64,000 nt of DNA from Hormiphora californensis (Eukaryota; Animalia; Ctenophora). Location of the stretch: contig CM035351.1 in NCBI GenBank assembly GCA_020137815.1, positions 1,736,001 to 1,800,000 of the forward strand, written 5' to 3'. How positions within the stretch are numbered: the first letter of the stretch is position 1; every line of letters begins with the position of its first letter. Position numbers and translations under genes: made by a program. Shown one piece after another: positions 46,901-62,404 of this stretch. The notes beneath the pieces were generated by a model. The model saw only the letters and a program-made list of their open reading frames with translations, did no database searches and was not told the origin of the DNA.

Positions 46901-47416
46901 AGTGCAATATGTGCACCACCCCACACCACTTACAGTTCACTCTGAGAAGATCGTCTAAGAAGGGTGGCGGGTGTAGATGGAGTGGCCAATAGTTGTAGGG
47001 AAGCCCGGGAGACAGATCCCCGCAGGAACCTCTTGGAGCTTGGCGGGGTTCTTGGGGAGCCATCATCAAACGTTAAACTCAACCGTTCATCGCTGGTTTT
47101 ACCTGACAGGTTATGGGGTTATAATTACCTGGTGCAGAAAGAGTTAAATCGGGGTGACACTAAATTACAATGCTAACAAATGTTACAAACATTAGCGCGA
47201 TCGGCCTGTTATATAGTTACAAACATTAGCAGGGGGACATGTTAATTGTTAAATAACATGCCCCCCCCCCCCCATTAGTATGGTCATTGACATTATATAT
47301 TAACCTGGAGTGGCGAGTTCAGCTGACCAGTTGAGCTCATCGCACATTTCATCAGAGTTGTTTGAAGAGTAAGAGGAGTTCATATCAAAAGAGTTAAAAA
47401 GAGAGACAAGAGACAT
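43940..47416 (-). CDS. WEE1: Wee1 kinase; multi-exon
   Basis: SRYRNEF...[82 protein letters not shown]-terminal coiled coil, [12 protein letters not shown]. Confidence 0.95.
47232..47272. mobile_element. 41-bp minimal derivative of the poly-G TIR family seen at 56191-57011
   Basis: gggggacatgttaattgttaaataacatgcccc...; flanked by cattagca / cattagta (8-bp TSD, one mismatch). Confidence 0.7.
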
Positions 47417-47969
47417 CACTGTCTACTTGAGATGAGCCATTACACTAGAAGGGAGAAGTTGTCAATCAATAATCTGATAGATTGAATGTTGAATAATAAA
47501 AACATGAGAGGAAGTTCAAGGATTACATTGATGAAGAACTTTCCTTTGTTATCGTTGGAAAGCAATTAATTATACCTAATGTAAATTTCCCTATTTAGGT
47601 AATCGATTCTTAAAATATTCCACAGCTAGGAATAAGGAAGTAGCCAAGCGAATTGGCGACTGGCCGGTGGCCCACGCGATCGTGATAGCCGATCGGTGAA
47701 GGTCTTAAAAAGAACCAGGAGTGTCCATGTAAATTGACATTTCTAATAATTAAAACGTTCTGCAGAGAGAGAGTGTGATTTAGAAAATATTCAAGATATT
47801 ATCGATAGACCACCGAAATAAGCGTCCCTATGAATTATGAAAGTTCATCCTTGCCCCCGCGTGATCTACATTGACTTAACAACGCGTAGAACGACTTGAA
47901 ACATGCAAAGGTACACTAAGCTATGATTGGCCAATGTAAATTACTAGGGGTGTGTAAAGGTGTGATAGA

Positions 47970-48430
47970 CCACCAGTCTCCGGATACAGCCGTCAAAACA
48001 ATAATTCAAGTCTGGAGTGGGCCCGCGCCCGTGGGACTGCTTCATGCTTGTGCGGGGGATGCTCGATTGGACTGACACCATTACAAGATTACAAGATTAC
48101 AAGATTACAAATAAGTTTTAGTATACATAACAAATGAATACAACGCACTCAGCAGAGCTTCCGCGTGATAAAATGATATTCCCTATATGAGTGAACTACT
48201 TCCCCTCAGTGAGCAGGGCAACAAGGGAGTTATCTCTAGGGCTCGAGTATCCTCTGACAGGTGGAAAGTCTGGTATGGTAGCAAGGAAGTCTCCAAGTGT
48301 GACTTTTAGGTTCTCGATTGATGTTGCCAGCCGTACTTCCTCGGGCATCCTGTTAAAGAGTTGAACCGCTCTAACTCCGAATGATGCATCCCGTAGCGTC
48401 TGGACTGATTTATATGTTGATATATCAAGT
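47970..48430. mobile_element. Two CR1-group LINE 3' fragments tail to tail (+ ~47970-48110 ending in (attacaag)4; - ~48430-48111)
   Basis: Plus strand PPVSGYSRQNNNSSLEW; minus strand SFGVRAVQLFNRMPEEVR...IPDFPPVRGYSSPRDNSL; both are typical CR1-group ORF2 C-termini. Confidence 0.7.
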
Positions 48431-48641
48431 TTGCAGAGAATAAGGATCGGTTGATTGTTTATCAAGTTTATTACAAAGTTACAAAGGGACCCCTAACAGT
48501 TAACACGCAGGAAAATCGTGGAAACGACGATCAAAGCGAATTTTTCAAGTTTGTTTCGAAAATCTTGAAATTTTTGGGTTGAAATTTTTTGTCAAATTTT
48601 TAATTTTGTGTCGCGCGCGTGACTAAATGCCGCGTAACAAG

Positions 48642-50667
48642 AGGGATCCCTAAAAAAGTTCAGTATTTTTTTTTGTGAAAGCCGGGGTTGCCGGTCCAAT
48701 TAAAACGGAATAAAAATCAAGGTAATCAGTACATATAAGATTAATAAATTAGATTAGATTAATGTCATTGGTTAAACTACAAAACCGAGTCCATTTATTC
48801 CCCCTGAACCCCCTGATGGAAATGAGTACAGTTTTTAGGAGTGAGAAAGAAAGTCGTAGTCTGATATAGCGCACGCTATCATTATAGGTATGCCCGGTTT
48901 TGTCGGCGAGACGGTTCGCAAGCTTCTTGTAAAATACCTCGGCTCTTGGACCCATGACCCCAGTTGTTGAGAAAACCAGTGGAGTGAAAGTTGCTTTCTC
49001 CACCTCAACTACTCGTGCATCATAATGAAGTACTTTTTCTCGCTCATGCCGCTTGATGGTGTTTTTGAGTGGCTGAGAAATGTTAGTAGGTGCCAGGCTA
49101 TTGAAGACTCGGATGTCAGTGAATACCATATCGAGGTCACTCCACACATTCCGGGCAGAAACATCCAAACGGGCACTGTTAACAGTGATAGCAGATTTGA
49201 ATTGGAATGTTTCACCAGTTATGGGTAGGAGCTGCGGCTCAATACGGACGTCTTTGCAGCCGGCCTCCACGAGGATGTTAGCTGTGAGGTCTCGGATGTT
49301 ATTATGCCGTAAATACACGTAACCTCCCACGGCACATGAAAGGCAGTGTTCGAGAGTGTTCGATTTTCCACACGCACAAACAGATGGTATGCCCTCAAAG
49401 GGTAAGTTGTAGCGTAGTAGCAGGGCATCTCTGAATTGCTGTTTATTCAGGACAAATCCGTGTTCCACCAAGGGCAGAGCAGTTAACCAGCTAGAGGCCC
49501 CTCTAGACGAGATCTCCTCGAATAATCGCTGGTCAAAGGTTGAAAGTAGTGCCCGGGTTTGTTCTTTTTCGGCATTCTGTGTAGATCGTTTTACTTTCAG
49601 GACTGCAGCCTTAGCTCCTTTCGCTTCCCACAGGAGGAGTTCCGAACGTTCTTCACTGATTAGGAGTTTTTGTTCCAGAATGAGATTTTTAAGAGGCTGG
49701 GTCGCCTGAGAAGAGTTTATGAACTCAGCAGCCGCCTGTTCTGTAGGAATCAAAATTCCGAGCCCACCATCACGTGCAGGGAGAGAGAAGAGAGCTCTGA
49801 TGTTGGGAGGGGTGTTTGGACCTATCAGGGCTGAGGGCAGGGATAAAAGAATCCTTGATACAGGTCTCCAAGGGCGTAAAGAGTTCTGCAATCCCTGCAG
49901 TTGTTCTCATTAGAAATAACCACTTTTTAGATAAACCAAAAAAGTTCAGTATTTACACAGAGTTTACACAGTCTTTACTGGGCGCGATTATAATCTGGGT
50001 GCCTTGCAGCGAGTTTACAGGTGCGCGCTGCCAAAAAAGTACACCTAAAACCACTTAGACCGACTTTTTTCAAACGGCTATAGCCGCGTAACCACATGGC
50101 CGATTTGAGTAAACTAAACGGTATCTGATAGAGAATCGATAGCCCTAACCAATAACCCCAAACCAAACCCTAACCCGACCCTAACAACAGCCCTAACCCG
50201 TCGCGCGCGCCAAAATCGATGAATTGTTAGCAATGAAAGGCACCCAGATTTTAACGTTTTCCGTCTTTACTCAGTCGTTAAAGTCCATTTTTATTCAACT
50301 GTTCACCCTCCAACTCGTGCGCGTGCGATATTTTAATTTACGCTGCGCGCGCTACACGTTAACATGTGATAGACGCGCAAAACAATTCCGCGCACGACTT
50401 TGGGGGGTGAACAGTTGAAAAAAAATGGAGTATACACCCAGAGCGCCCGCGCCGCTCTGGGTGTAACGACTGCGTCTTTCGCACTCGATTTGCAGCGTTT
50501 TCGGAAACTTTTTTCGCCGCAGCGCTCAATTTTGTCAATTGTGCAGCACACAATCCAATATTTTCTAGGAAAAAGCCACTGTGCGCAGCACGCGCCGCTC
50601 TGGGTGTAACGACTGAGTAAAGACTGTGTAAACTCTGTGTAAATACTGAACTTTTTTAGGGATCCCT
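48642..50667. mobile_element. MITE with ~50-bp TIRs (agggatccctaaaaaagttcagtatttacacagagtttacacagtctttact), left TIR interrupted by a retrotransposon; internal degenerate (ccctaa)n at ~50143-50199
   Basis: Right TIR 50616-50667 is the reverse complement of 48642-48668 joined to 49955-49979. Confidence 0.8.
48669..49937 (-). mobile_element. 5'-truncated RLE-type (CRE-like) non-LTR retrotransposon: end of RT, CCHC knuckle, RLE endonuclease, poly(A) tail, 17-bp TSD
   Basis: ORF 48749-49891: PARDGGLGI, CACG...HCLSC, RHNNIRD, RLDV, DIRV, EREK...Y, FTPLVFSTTG; TSD aaaaaagttcagtattt at 48652-48668 and 49938-49954. Confidence 0.88.
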
Positions 50668-50762
50668 AGTAATAAATTTAGCGCGTTCCATACTTTACTA
50701 TATTCGCGACGCTTCCACGAAAGAAACATGCAATGCATATTTTTTAACAACTTTTCAAGATG

Positions 50763-51033
50763 TAAAGTCGGATTTTTTGAAACTGTCACCCCCCTTTTCA
50801 CGCGCGGCGTCGTATTTGCGCGTGACAGCCCCCACTTCCTCTCACTTTTCGGCAAAAAGCCGCATATCATCGGAAAAAGCATAATTTTGTGAGTCCGTAA
50901 AACTTTGGTTTGACGAAATTGGTCAAGAAACAAAGACGTGAGAGCCAAAACAAGTCTCTGACACGTTTCCGACGCGCAAATAAAAACTCGCGCGCCACCC
51001 AGGGGGGTGACAGTTTCAAAAAATCCGACTTTA
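50763..51033. mobile_element. MITE with ~30-bp TIRs and probable TA target
   Basis: taaagtcggattttttgaaactgtcacccccc ... ggggggtgacagtttcaaaaaatccgacttta. Confidence 0.8.
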
Positions 51034-52476
51034 ATTTTTTGTTTTGTTAAAAAGCTTTCCAAAAAAAAAGCTTTCCAAAAAAAAAAAGAAAAAAAAAAGA
51101 AAAAAAAGCTTTCCAAACTGTTGAAAAGCGCTGCCTTATCCCGCCAGCAACGTTTGCCAATCCAAACTGTTTCTTTCGTTGATTCTTTTGATGATGCTAA
51201 TCGCTAAATCGGTGTTTATGTTGGGGCCGGGGTGCTTTTCTTTCCAAACTTTCGAAATTTGCATGTGCTACTGAGCTGCAGTACCTGGGAAAATCGTCTG
51301 AAGAGAAACTTGTCAAGAGATTCCTATTTCCCAGATCGCCAACCGGTACTCAGAATTCGGATACCCAAAAGTCAAAACAAAACAAGAGGTGAGGCTCTGT
51401 GAGGAACTGACACCGGTGTAGTATCTAAAAAAAGAAGATTACAAGATTCAGCCTTCAGGCATCCCAGCGAAGGGGGATAATAGGTATTCAGAGGGGCCAC
51501 AAAGTTTCAAAACCCCGTTACTACTAGAAAAACTAAATTTTGGAATAACCTCGGAACCTCCCAAGTGATGTGAATTCGGCAGAAGGCCTGACTGTGTTCA
51601 AAGTGCTCGGGGAATGGTTGAAGAGGATACTGAATCGTCCCCCGGTCCAAAACAAAACAGCAACTAAAGTTTGGGCTGGGCACAGTTCACGAATTTATCC
51701 AGGGAAGGGAAGGCTCTGTCTGTATGTTATTAAAATATTACAGTTAGCACTCACCATAGTACGGTGTAACTGTATACCAACTTATTTTGCTGCCCGCTCA
51801 GAGCCGACCATTCCATGCACATATTTCTTCATGTTTGTTTACAAATTAAGTTTTGATACTACAGCATCATATCCCCCTCTATGGGTCCAGTGTCCACCTA
51901 TGCATGGGTAAAATGCTGTGCGAGCTTTTCCTTACTCTGGATTGTACTGCCACGGTCAAATATTGGAAAGATCTCCACCTATGCTTGAATGGACACTAGA
52001 CCCTGCACAAAAACAGAATGTATGAAGAAGCTATGTGTTAAAGGTAGTTCCACTAATTTATAGCTCGGACGTCGCGTCCTGTAATTATGAATTCTACATG
52101 AAACACTGTCTCTTGGCCACTACAATCAAGAGTAGCAAAAATATACCTATTGGAGCGATAAAACGGATATAATAGCGTTACACGTTTTCTTTGCCTTGCT
52201 CGACCCTCTCTCGATACCCGATTAGTTGCCCACGATTCAGTATAACATGATCATTGATCTGGCTAATGAGAAAAAACAAATATCTACCATGTTGCTCATT
52301 TGAGGTCTTCCAAGTGATCTATTTTGCTTTTCTCCATGGCGGTATCCACAAATTATATGTGGAGATACCTTTCATCGCACCAGAGAAACACATGACTAAA
52401 AGCTATTACAGAAAACGGATTCATGTCTTCTTGCTTTGCTTGCTCATTTAGTTGTTCATTTCTAGATAAGTCAGAT

Positions 52477-54768
52477 ATGTCAGCAGATTACCAAGGAGCT
52501 CATGTTAGAGTTCAGCTCACTAACGGGGAATCAATGGAAGGGATCGTATCATCTCTCACATCCTCCCTCCTCTCCCTAACACCTGCAGATAGACGGGTTA
52601 GTTTTAGATTCAATGTTTCAAAACTAGTTTTCAATCAGCAGTATAATAATTTTAACCAGCATATACATATAGTAGTTTTAACCAACGTCATATTTTTGCA
52701 GAGCAGCAAAATTGATTTGTTTAGTTACGAGGTCGCAGATCTGGAAATACTCGATTTGAAACCATCCCAAAAGGAAAGGTAAGTTAAATTTTGAGAGTCG
52801 TAAACCTTAGGTTACGGTCCGTAGCCCAGAGTAGGTAGTATCATTAATCAAACTAAAGATGATGAACTCCTAAAGTAGTACAATACATTCACCCTTCAAA
52901 CAAAAGATATTGTTTTGTTATCGTTTATTATTTCAATTCTAATTCCCTTATTTTCAGCAGTAGCAGTAGTCCCTCACCACCCCTTCCTCCATCCCGTAAA
53001 CCAGTATCCATTATGAAGAGACAGAGTCCACCTCCCCTCGTTGAAAGACACGATGGTCGCAAAAAGGTACATAGTTGGAGCGCGCGAAGTGGTCTGTGTT
53101 GTATGTTAGCATTCAACTTTACTCGCGCCCACTGCTACAGTCTCAGTCTTAGAAAGCTATTCCCCGATGATTAGATATCTCATATCAGCTTGTTGCTTCG
53201 AGCTTCCTTAATCCGTTAGAAGCTTACCAATTCTAATTACTGGCTTGCTATTCTAATACTAAATTTCGTTACAGGGCAGTGCCTTCTCAGTTCCAGTCTC
53301 CCGAATTGACACAGATTTCGACTTTGCGTCGAGTAACAAGCTTTTCCAAAAAGACGAGATATTCGATGAGTGGAGGGCACAAGAAGGGAGGGAATGTTAG
53401 TCATCACAACCCAGAAAAGATAAAGCCATCCGGAGATGGTGCTACGCAGATCCCCAGTCCGGACATTTACCTTCTCAGGGGAGTTCCAGACAGACGAGAA
53501 GATTCCAGTAGTTGGATTGTCCTTGTCACGTCGTATAGCTGTATTCAAGAATGCAATTAATAGTGGTCTGAGTTATAGTCACGTTGTCAGTGTAGCTGGT
53601 ATGGCAATGGCCCAGATGACCATCCAGCTTCTAGGTGGAACATGCCGGGTTAACCCTCAGAATCATAACAAACCACCTGTGGCAGTGGTGTTAGTGTCCA
53701 GTGGGGATGGGGGTAAGGTGGCCCTAACAGCTGCACTACACCTCTCTCAGCATAGTGTCAGTGTACAGGTGTTGGTCCTTGATAAGCCTCAGGGGTGCGA
53801 TGGAATGCTGAATGTCCTTAGCAAGTATCTGGTACAGAGTGTCTCCTGCCTTCCTGCTGTGGTGGATATCATCATTGATGGAATCCAGGTAATAACTTGT
53901 TATGTACATTTGTATTTCGAGGGTGGAGCTCGCCAAAAGGGGTCGAGCTAGGCAAGTAATAACCTCACATACACACACCACATATAATATCTATTGTCGT
54001 GTTCACGTTAGTTAGTAAAGGCTATACTACTGTTATAATAGGAGAGAGAGAGAGTAAGCAATCCAATATTCAATATTGCATATTTGTGGGGTTATGGTCT
54101 ACCAATAAGATATACTATAAGTGAGGGAAGATGATTGCATTTCTATCGAAAGTACTCGAAACATGTGCGGTTGAGATTGAATGAATTTAGACATTCTCTC
54201 ACTACCCCCCATCATTCATCAACCCCTTCAAGATTCAACCCCCTTTCAGGACAGAAATACATTGCTTCGTTGGCCTGGATGGTTGGATTCAGTTATTGAC
54301 TGGACGGAAGAGTCAGCAGCCCCTCTTCTAGCAATTGATCCTCAGCACCCCAACAAACTCCCCAGAACACCACCTGTAGCTAAATGGAGCTGTGCTCTCG
54401 GGGCACCTCTCTTGTCACAAGGCAATGTAAGTTATTCCGGTTGTTCAAACTAAACAGTTATATTATTATGTGATCAGTGCGTTGCTTTACCACCCTAGTT
54501 TCCTTGATGGTTAGCCTGTGAAGCCACTAAATGAATCCCTTGGTTACGAAGTCACCCCTGTTATGAGCTATTATAGCGCGGAGGGGTAATTTCATTACCA
54601 ACTGAATCGCCAGCTCACAGTTATCAAATCCCTCCTCTCCGCCAGGTTGGTCGATTGTTCCTCATGGACATTGGCCTATTTCCCTCGGCCTTCCAAGATC
54701 AAGATATTGCTTATACCTCACCCTTCTTTGATAAATTCGTGATACCTCTACACCGGACCACCTCCTGA
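52477..54768 (+). CDS. EDC3: Enhancer of mRNA decapping 3 (Lsm, FDF and YjeF_N domains); two apparent 1-nt insertions at ~53391 and ~53422
   Basis: MSADYQGAHVRVQLTNGESMEGIV (Lsm), DTDFDFASSNKLFQKDEIFDE (FDF), LLGGTCRVNPQNHNKPPVAVVL, LLAIDP, VGRLFLMDIG...SPFFDKFVIPL. Confidence 0.9.
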
Positions 54769-54919
54769 TAACCAGACTACACACCATGTTGACCCCTCCC
54801 TCTATCACCACGTCGCGCTCTCTGTGTGTTCTGAGCTGCTTCATCAGTTCTCTTGTTATTAATTGTCCTGAAGAATATGCAATGTTTCAATAGAACCGTT
54901 TTTTAATAACCCCGTCCTA

Positions 54920-55315
54920 CACCTACTCCCCCGCCCTCCTTCTACTCTCCTCCCTCCTTCTACCCCCTCCTTCTCTACTGACTACCCCTCCCTCCTTCTA
55001 CCCCCTCCTTCTCTACTGACTACCCCTCCCTCCTTCTACCCCTCCCTCCTTCTCTACTGACTACCCCTCCCTCCTTCTACCCCCTCCTTCTCTACTGACT
55101 ACCCCTCCCTCCTTCTACCCCCTCCTTCTCTACTGACTACCCCTCCCTCCTTCTACCCCTCCTTCTCTACTGACTACCCCCGCCCTCTTTCTACTCTCCT
55201 CCCTCCTTCTACCCCTCCCTCCTTCTCTACTGACTACCCCTCCCTCCTTCTACCCCCTCCTTCTCTACTGACTACCCCTCCCTCCTTCTACCCCCTCCTT
55301 CTCTACTGACTACTC
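54920..55315. repeat. C/T-rich minisatellite, ~38-bp unit (ccctccctccttctaccccctccttctctactgactac)
   Basis: Seen directly, about 9 copies. Confidence 0.9.
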
Positions 55316-55595
55316 CGTCCTTGAGTGCTGCTGACTCAGTATACAACGTGTCTAAACCTTACCTACTTCAGTACTTCGTCATCAGCATTCAAAACACTGA
55401 ATACGACATTATCAGTATCTTGACATATCAGTTTACCTAAACAATAATGATGAAGTGAAATATCAATGTCTGGCCAAATAACTCGGATAATGCAGGAAGA
55501 AATCAATATCTCCCTGTCTCCACTTTACATAATTGTTCCCTTGATTTACCATTTCAACTCTAATGCTATACCTTCTATTTAGTTTACATGGCAAG

Positions 55596-59234
<3,639 letters not shown>

Positions 59235-59959
59235 TTATTGTATGCGTCACCATGACATTCTGTTAGAGATATGGGGAGAAGGGGAGAGAGATGGAGGGAA
59301 CAGGGGAGAGATAAATGAGAACGGGAGATAGCAGAGACTAGAGATATATTGGGGAGACAGTGCCATGATAGCTTCAGTCTGAACTTCAGACAAGGGAGAG
59401 AGAGCAATCGATAACCATTTAACTTGATTGGTACTTCATTCTTCATACCAACTCCATTTCACCGAAGTTTCTCTTCTTTGATAGCTCCAGGCAGTGCGAG
59501 TATCATGTTGTTGGCGAACCCAGAGCAGCAGCAGCTGCTAGAGGTGTCACGTGGTCACATCACGTGTGCCTCTTCCTTGCATAGCACATCTACCACGTGA
59601 TACCCCACGTGCCCCCTGACCTGCCTAGTGTTTTGTGCCGCGCTGGTCACCTGATATATACCACGTGATCCCCTACAGAGAAAGAGAGAGAGAGAGGGGT
59701 GGAGAGTGACGTGGCGTTGTGTTGTCTTTACCTGCGCCAGCCCCCCTTCTTCAAAGAGCCCCCCTCTCTCTCGTGTTGCTGCTGCTCCTTGGTCCTCATC
59801 GTGTTTGCTTCCTTGTTGAGTGTGTGTAATGGAAGCTGTGCGTGCTGTGCTGTACAATTATTATACACGTAGCAAGTGAAGACTCTCCCTGTAATACACG
59901 TCACCTTGTGTGTACACGTGTCTCAAGATAGGAAGAGTGAGAGGGAGAGTGAGAAAGAG

Positions 59960-60020
<61 letters not shown>

Positions 60021-60703
60021 ATAATATATATAGTGTTGTATTTCTTGCTAACGGTCTAATTATGCTTTTCTGTGTACCAAACGTCCCCTACATCTTTGTA
60101 TATACAGTGTGATAGTCAGATATTTATTTCAGTATCGTGTTATAAATCCATTTGTTTCATTGTTTTATGGTACTGAGTCCTCTAACGAAGACTACAGCTG
60201 TCCTCTCCTGTCCTCTTTATCTCTCTAGCCTACCTTTCCATCTACCTTTTTGTGGTGCTCCGTCATATTATATTGGCCGCCCGCATAAAGTGTTGCCTAC
60301 GACGGGCGTCGTGGGCGATGCTGTGCGAACGGCCAATATGAAGGATCAAGGAGCACCACTGTCTCCATGCAATAATTCATTTGTCCATCTCCCCTGTCCT
60401 ATATTTTACCATTGTCCATTTGAATATATTCAAATGATACTGGCATCCCTCTAATGCATTTTCCTTACAACATCTCTGAGTACCCTTTGAAACTGAAGAA
60501 TCCATTAGCCAACACATATATGCATTTTGACACCTGGAATTGAGCATATTTCAACATATTTGAACATTATAATGCCATCCCCTCATGCCATCGTTCTCTT
60601 TCTTGACCTCGCCTCCAACTTCTGTTATGCAACTAACCCCGCCTATAACATCTTCCATTGCTAACCCGAGCTACTTCTCTCCAATAGCTCTCCAACCCAC
60701 ACA

Positions 60704-61732
60704 ATGGCCGCTGTGCAGAGGATGAAACAGGCTAATGCCAAACACGACAGCAACATCAACAAGAGAGGCGTCGTCTCCAAGGTAACGGGGGTTGTCATGG
60801 TAACGGGGGTTGTCATGGTAACGGGAGTTTTCATAATAAGGGGGGTTGTCATGGTAACGGGGGTTGTCGTGGTAACGGGGGTTGTCATGGTAACGGGGGT
60901 TGTCATGGTAACGTGGGTTGTCATGGTAACAGGGGTTGTCATGGTAACGGTGGTCGTCATGGTAACGGGGGTTGTCATGGTAACGGGAGTTGTCATGGTA
61001 ACGGGGGTTGTCATGGTAACGGGGGTTGTCATGGTAACGAGGGTTGTCATGGTAACAGGGGTTGTCATGGTAATGGGGGTTGTCATGGTAACTGGAGTTG
61101 TCAAGGTAATGGGGTTGTCATGGTCCTCACCATACTGTGTCTTTATGAGGCTGAAGGCTCCATTGCAGTATAACAGCAACATTTTGCTTTCTTTTGAATT
61201 TCGTGACAATTGTTTCATTCCTAGACAATTTCATATTCTCTCAGTCTCAGTAGAAAACTGTCAGAGTATTGGCCTGACAGGTAGAAAGGCGGTATAGGTA
61301 ATCTTAGGTGGTCTGGACTCTGGGTAATAAAAGGGGCCTGAGTAATCAAAGGGACTAAATCCTCCCACCCTCTCGACTAAATAATTTCTCTTTGTGTGAA
61401 TGAAGGCAATTTATGTGCTAAATTTTGAAATTTTGTCTCGCCTAGACCTAGACTGAAAGAGAATATGAACATGTTGTTCAACAGCTTTTCTCTTTCTTTA
61501 CCCACCTTGGGCTCATATTATTTCTTTCAACTCATTCAACCTGCATATTTTTTAAGTATTTAACTTTAAGCACCTCTTTATTGAACCTACCCATTCTCAA
61601 TGAGTATTCTAACCCCCAATATATTTTCAGCCCAAGGAGGAAGCAGCCTCTGTTGGACCCTATCTAGTTGGACTGTTCCTGTTCCTTGTCTGTGGATCTG
61701 CCATTGTCGAGATCCTCCAGAGTTTCCTCTAA
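60704..61732 (+). CDS. SERP1: Stress-associated ER protein 1 / RAMP4; exons 60704-60781 and 61631-61732
   Basis: [26 protein letters not shown]|[33 protein letters not shown]. Confidence 0.93.
60782..61124. repeat. 18-bp minisatellite (gtaacgggggttgtcatg), about 18-19 copies, starting exactly at the SERP1 splice donor
   Basis: Seen directly. Confidence 0.95.
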
Positions 61733-62404
61733 ATCCCATCCTTCAGAGAATTGTGGAGAGCGGTGTGGAGGACATTCCGCAGCTTGAGATCACAAACAAC
61801 GTGGACATTTTTAATTGCATTTCACACACACAATCATCTGACGCATGGAGAGTGTTGGAATGGCTCATTAACCCGATCTAGTGAACCAACAACACCAGGG
61901 AACACTGTATTGTTTCTTGTTGGGTTTCTTACTCAACAAATATTGTTTCGGTGTGCGAGTGAGTTGAGTGGTGGATTTTTAAACCGGTTTTGAGCAGTGT
62001 TTTTTCTAGGATTTAACGGTTTACAGTGAGAGAAATAATCAGGGAAAGTTTAAAAAGGAAAGTTAATTCTGTACATTTGTTGATTTGCTATAATAACACA
62101 GTTCAGATAAATAGCGAGAAACGACTATGATTCTTATATTAATTCCCCAATATAATAATATCTGCTCAAGTCTGAATCTCTCTATAAGATCAATGAGATC
62201 ATGTGTATTTATAGAGCTGACAGATTGGCTTCACATGCACACCTCGAGAATGGTGCAATCAGTTTAACTTTACGAGCGATTTGTTGAATTTGGGAAGAGC
62301 ATCTCTCACTCGACCGGGGCTAAGGGAATGAGTTAAGTTGTCAGTGCATGTCAGAGATGATTTGATAAAATATCTGTCTGGCGCCGCCAGACAGTAAAAT
62401 AGTA

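Noticed and set aside
50143-50199. Telomere-like ccctaa repeats as an interstitial telomere
   Set aside because: Degenerate, short and internal to a MITE
60661-61218. Minus-strand 185-aa mucin-like (TTPVTM)n ORF with apparent TM segment
   Set aside because: It is the antisense of SERP1 exon 1 plus its intronic 18-bp minisatellite
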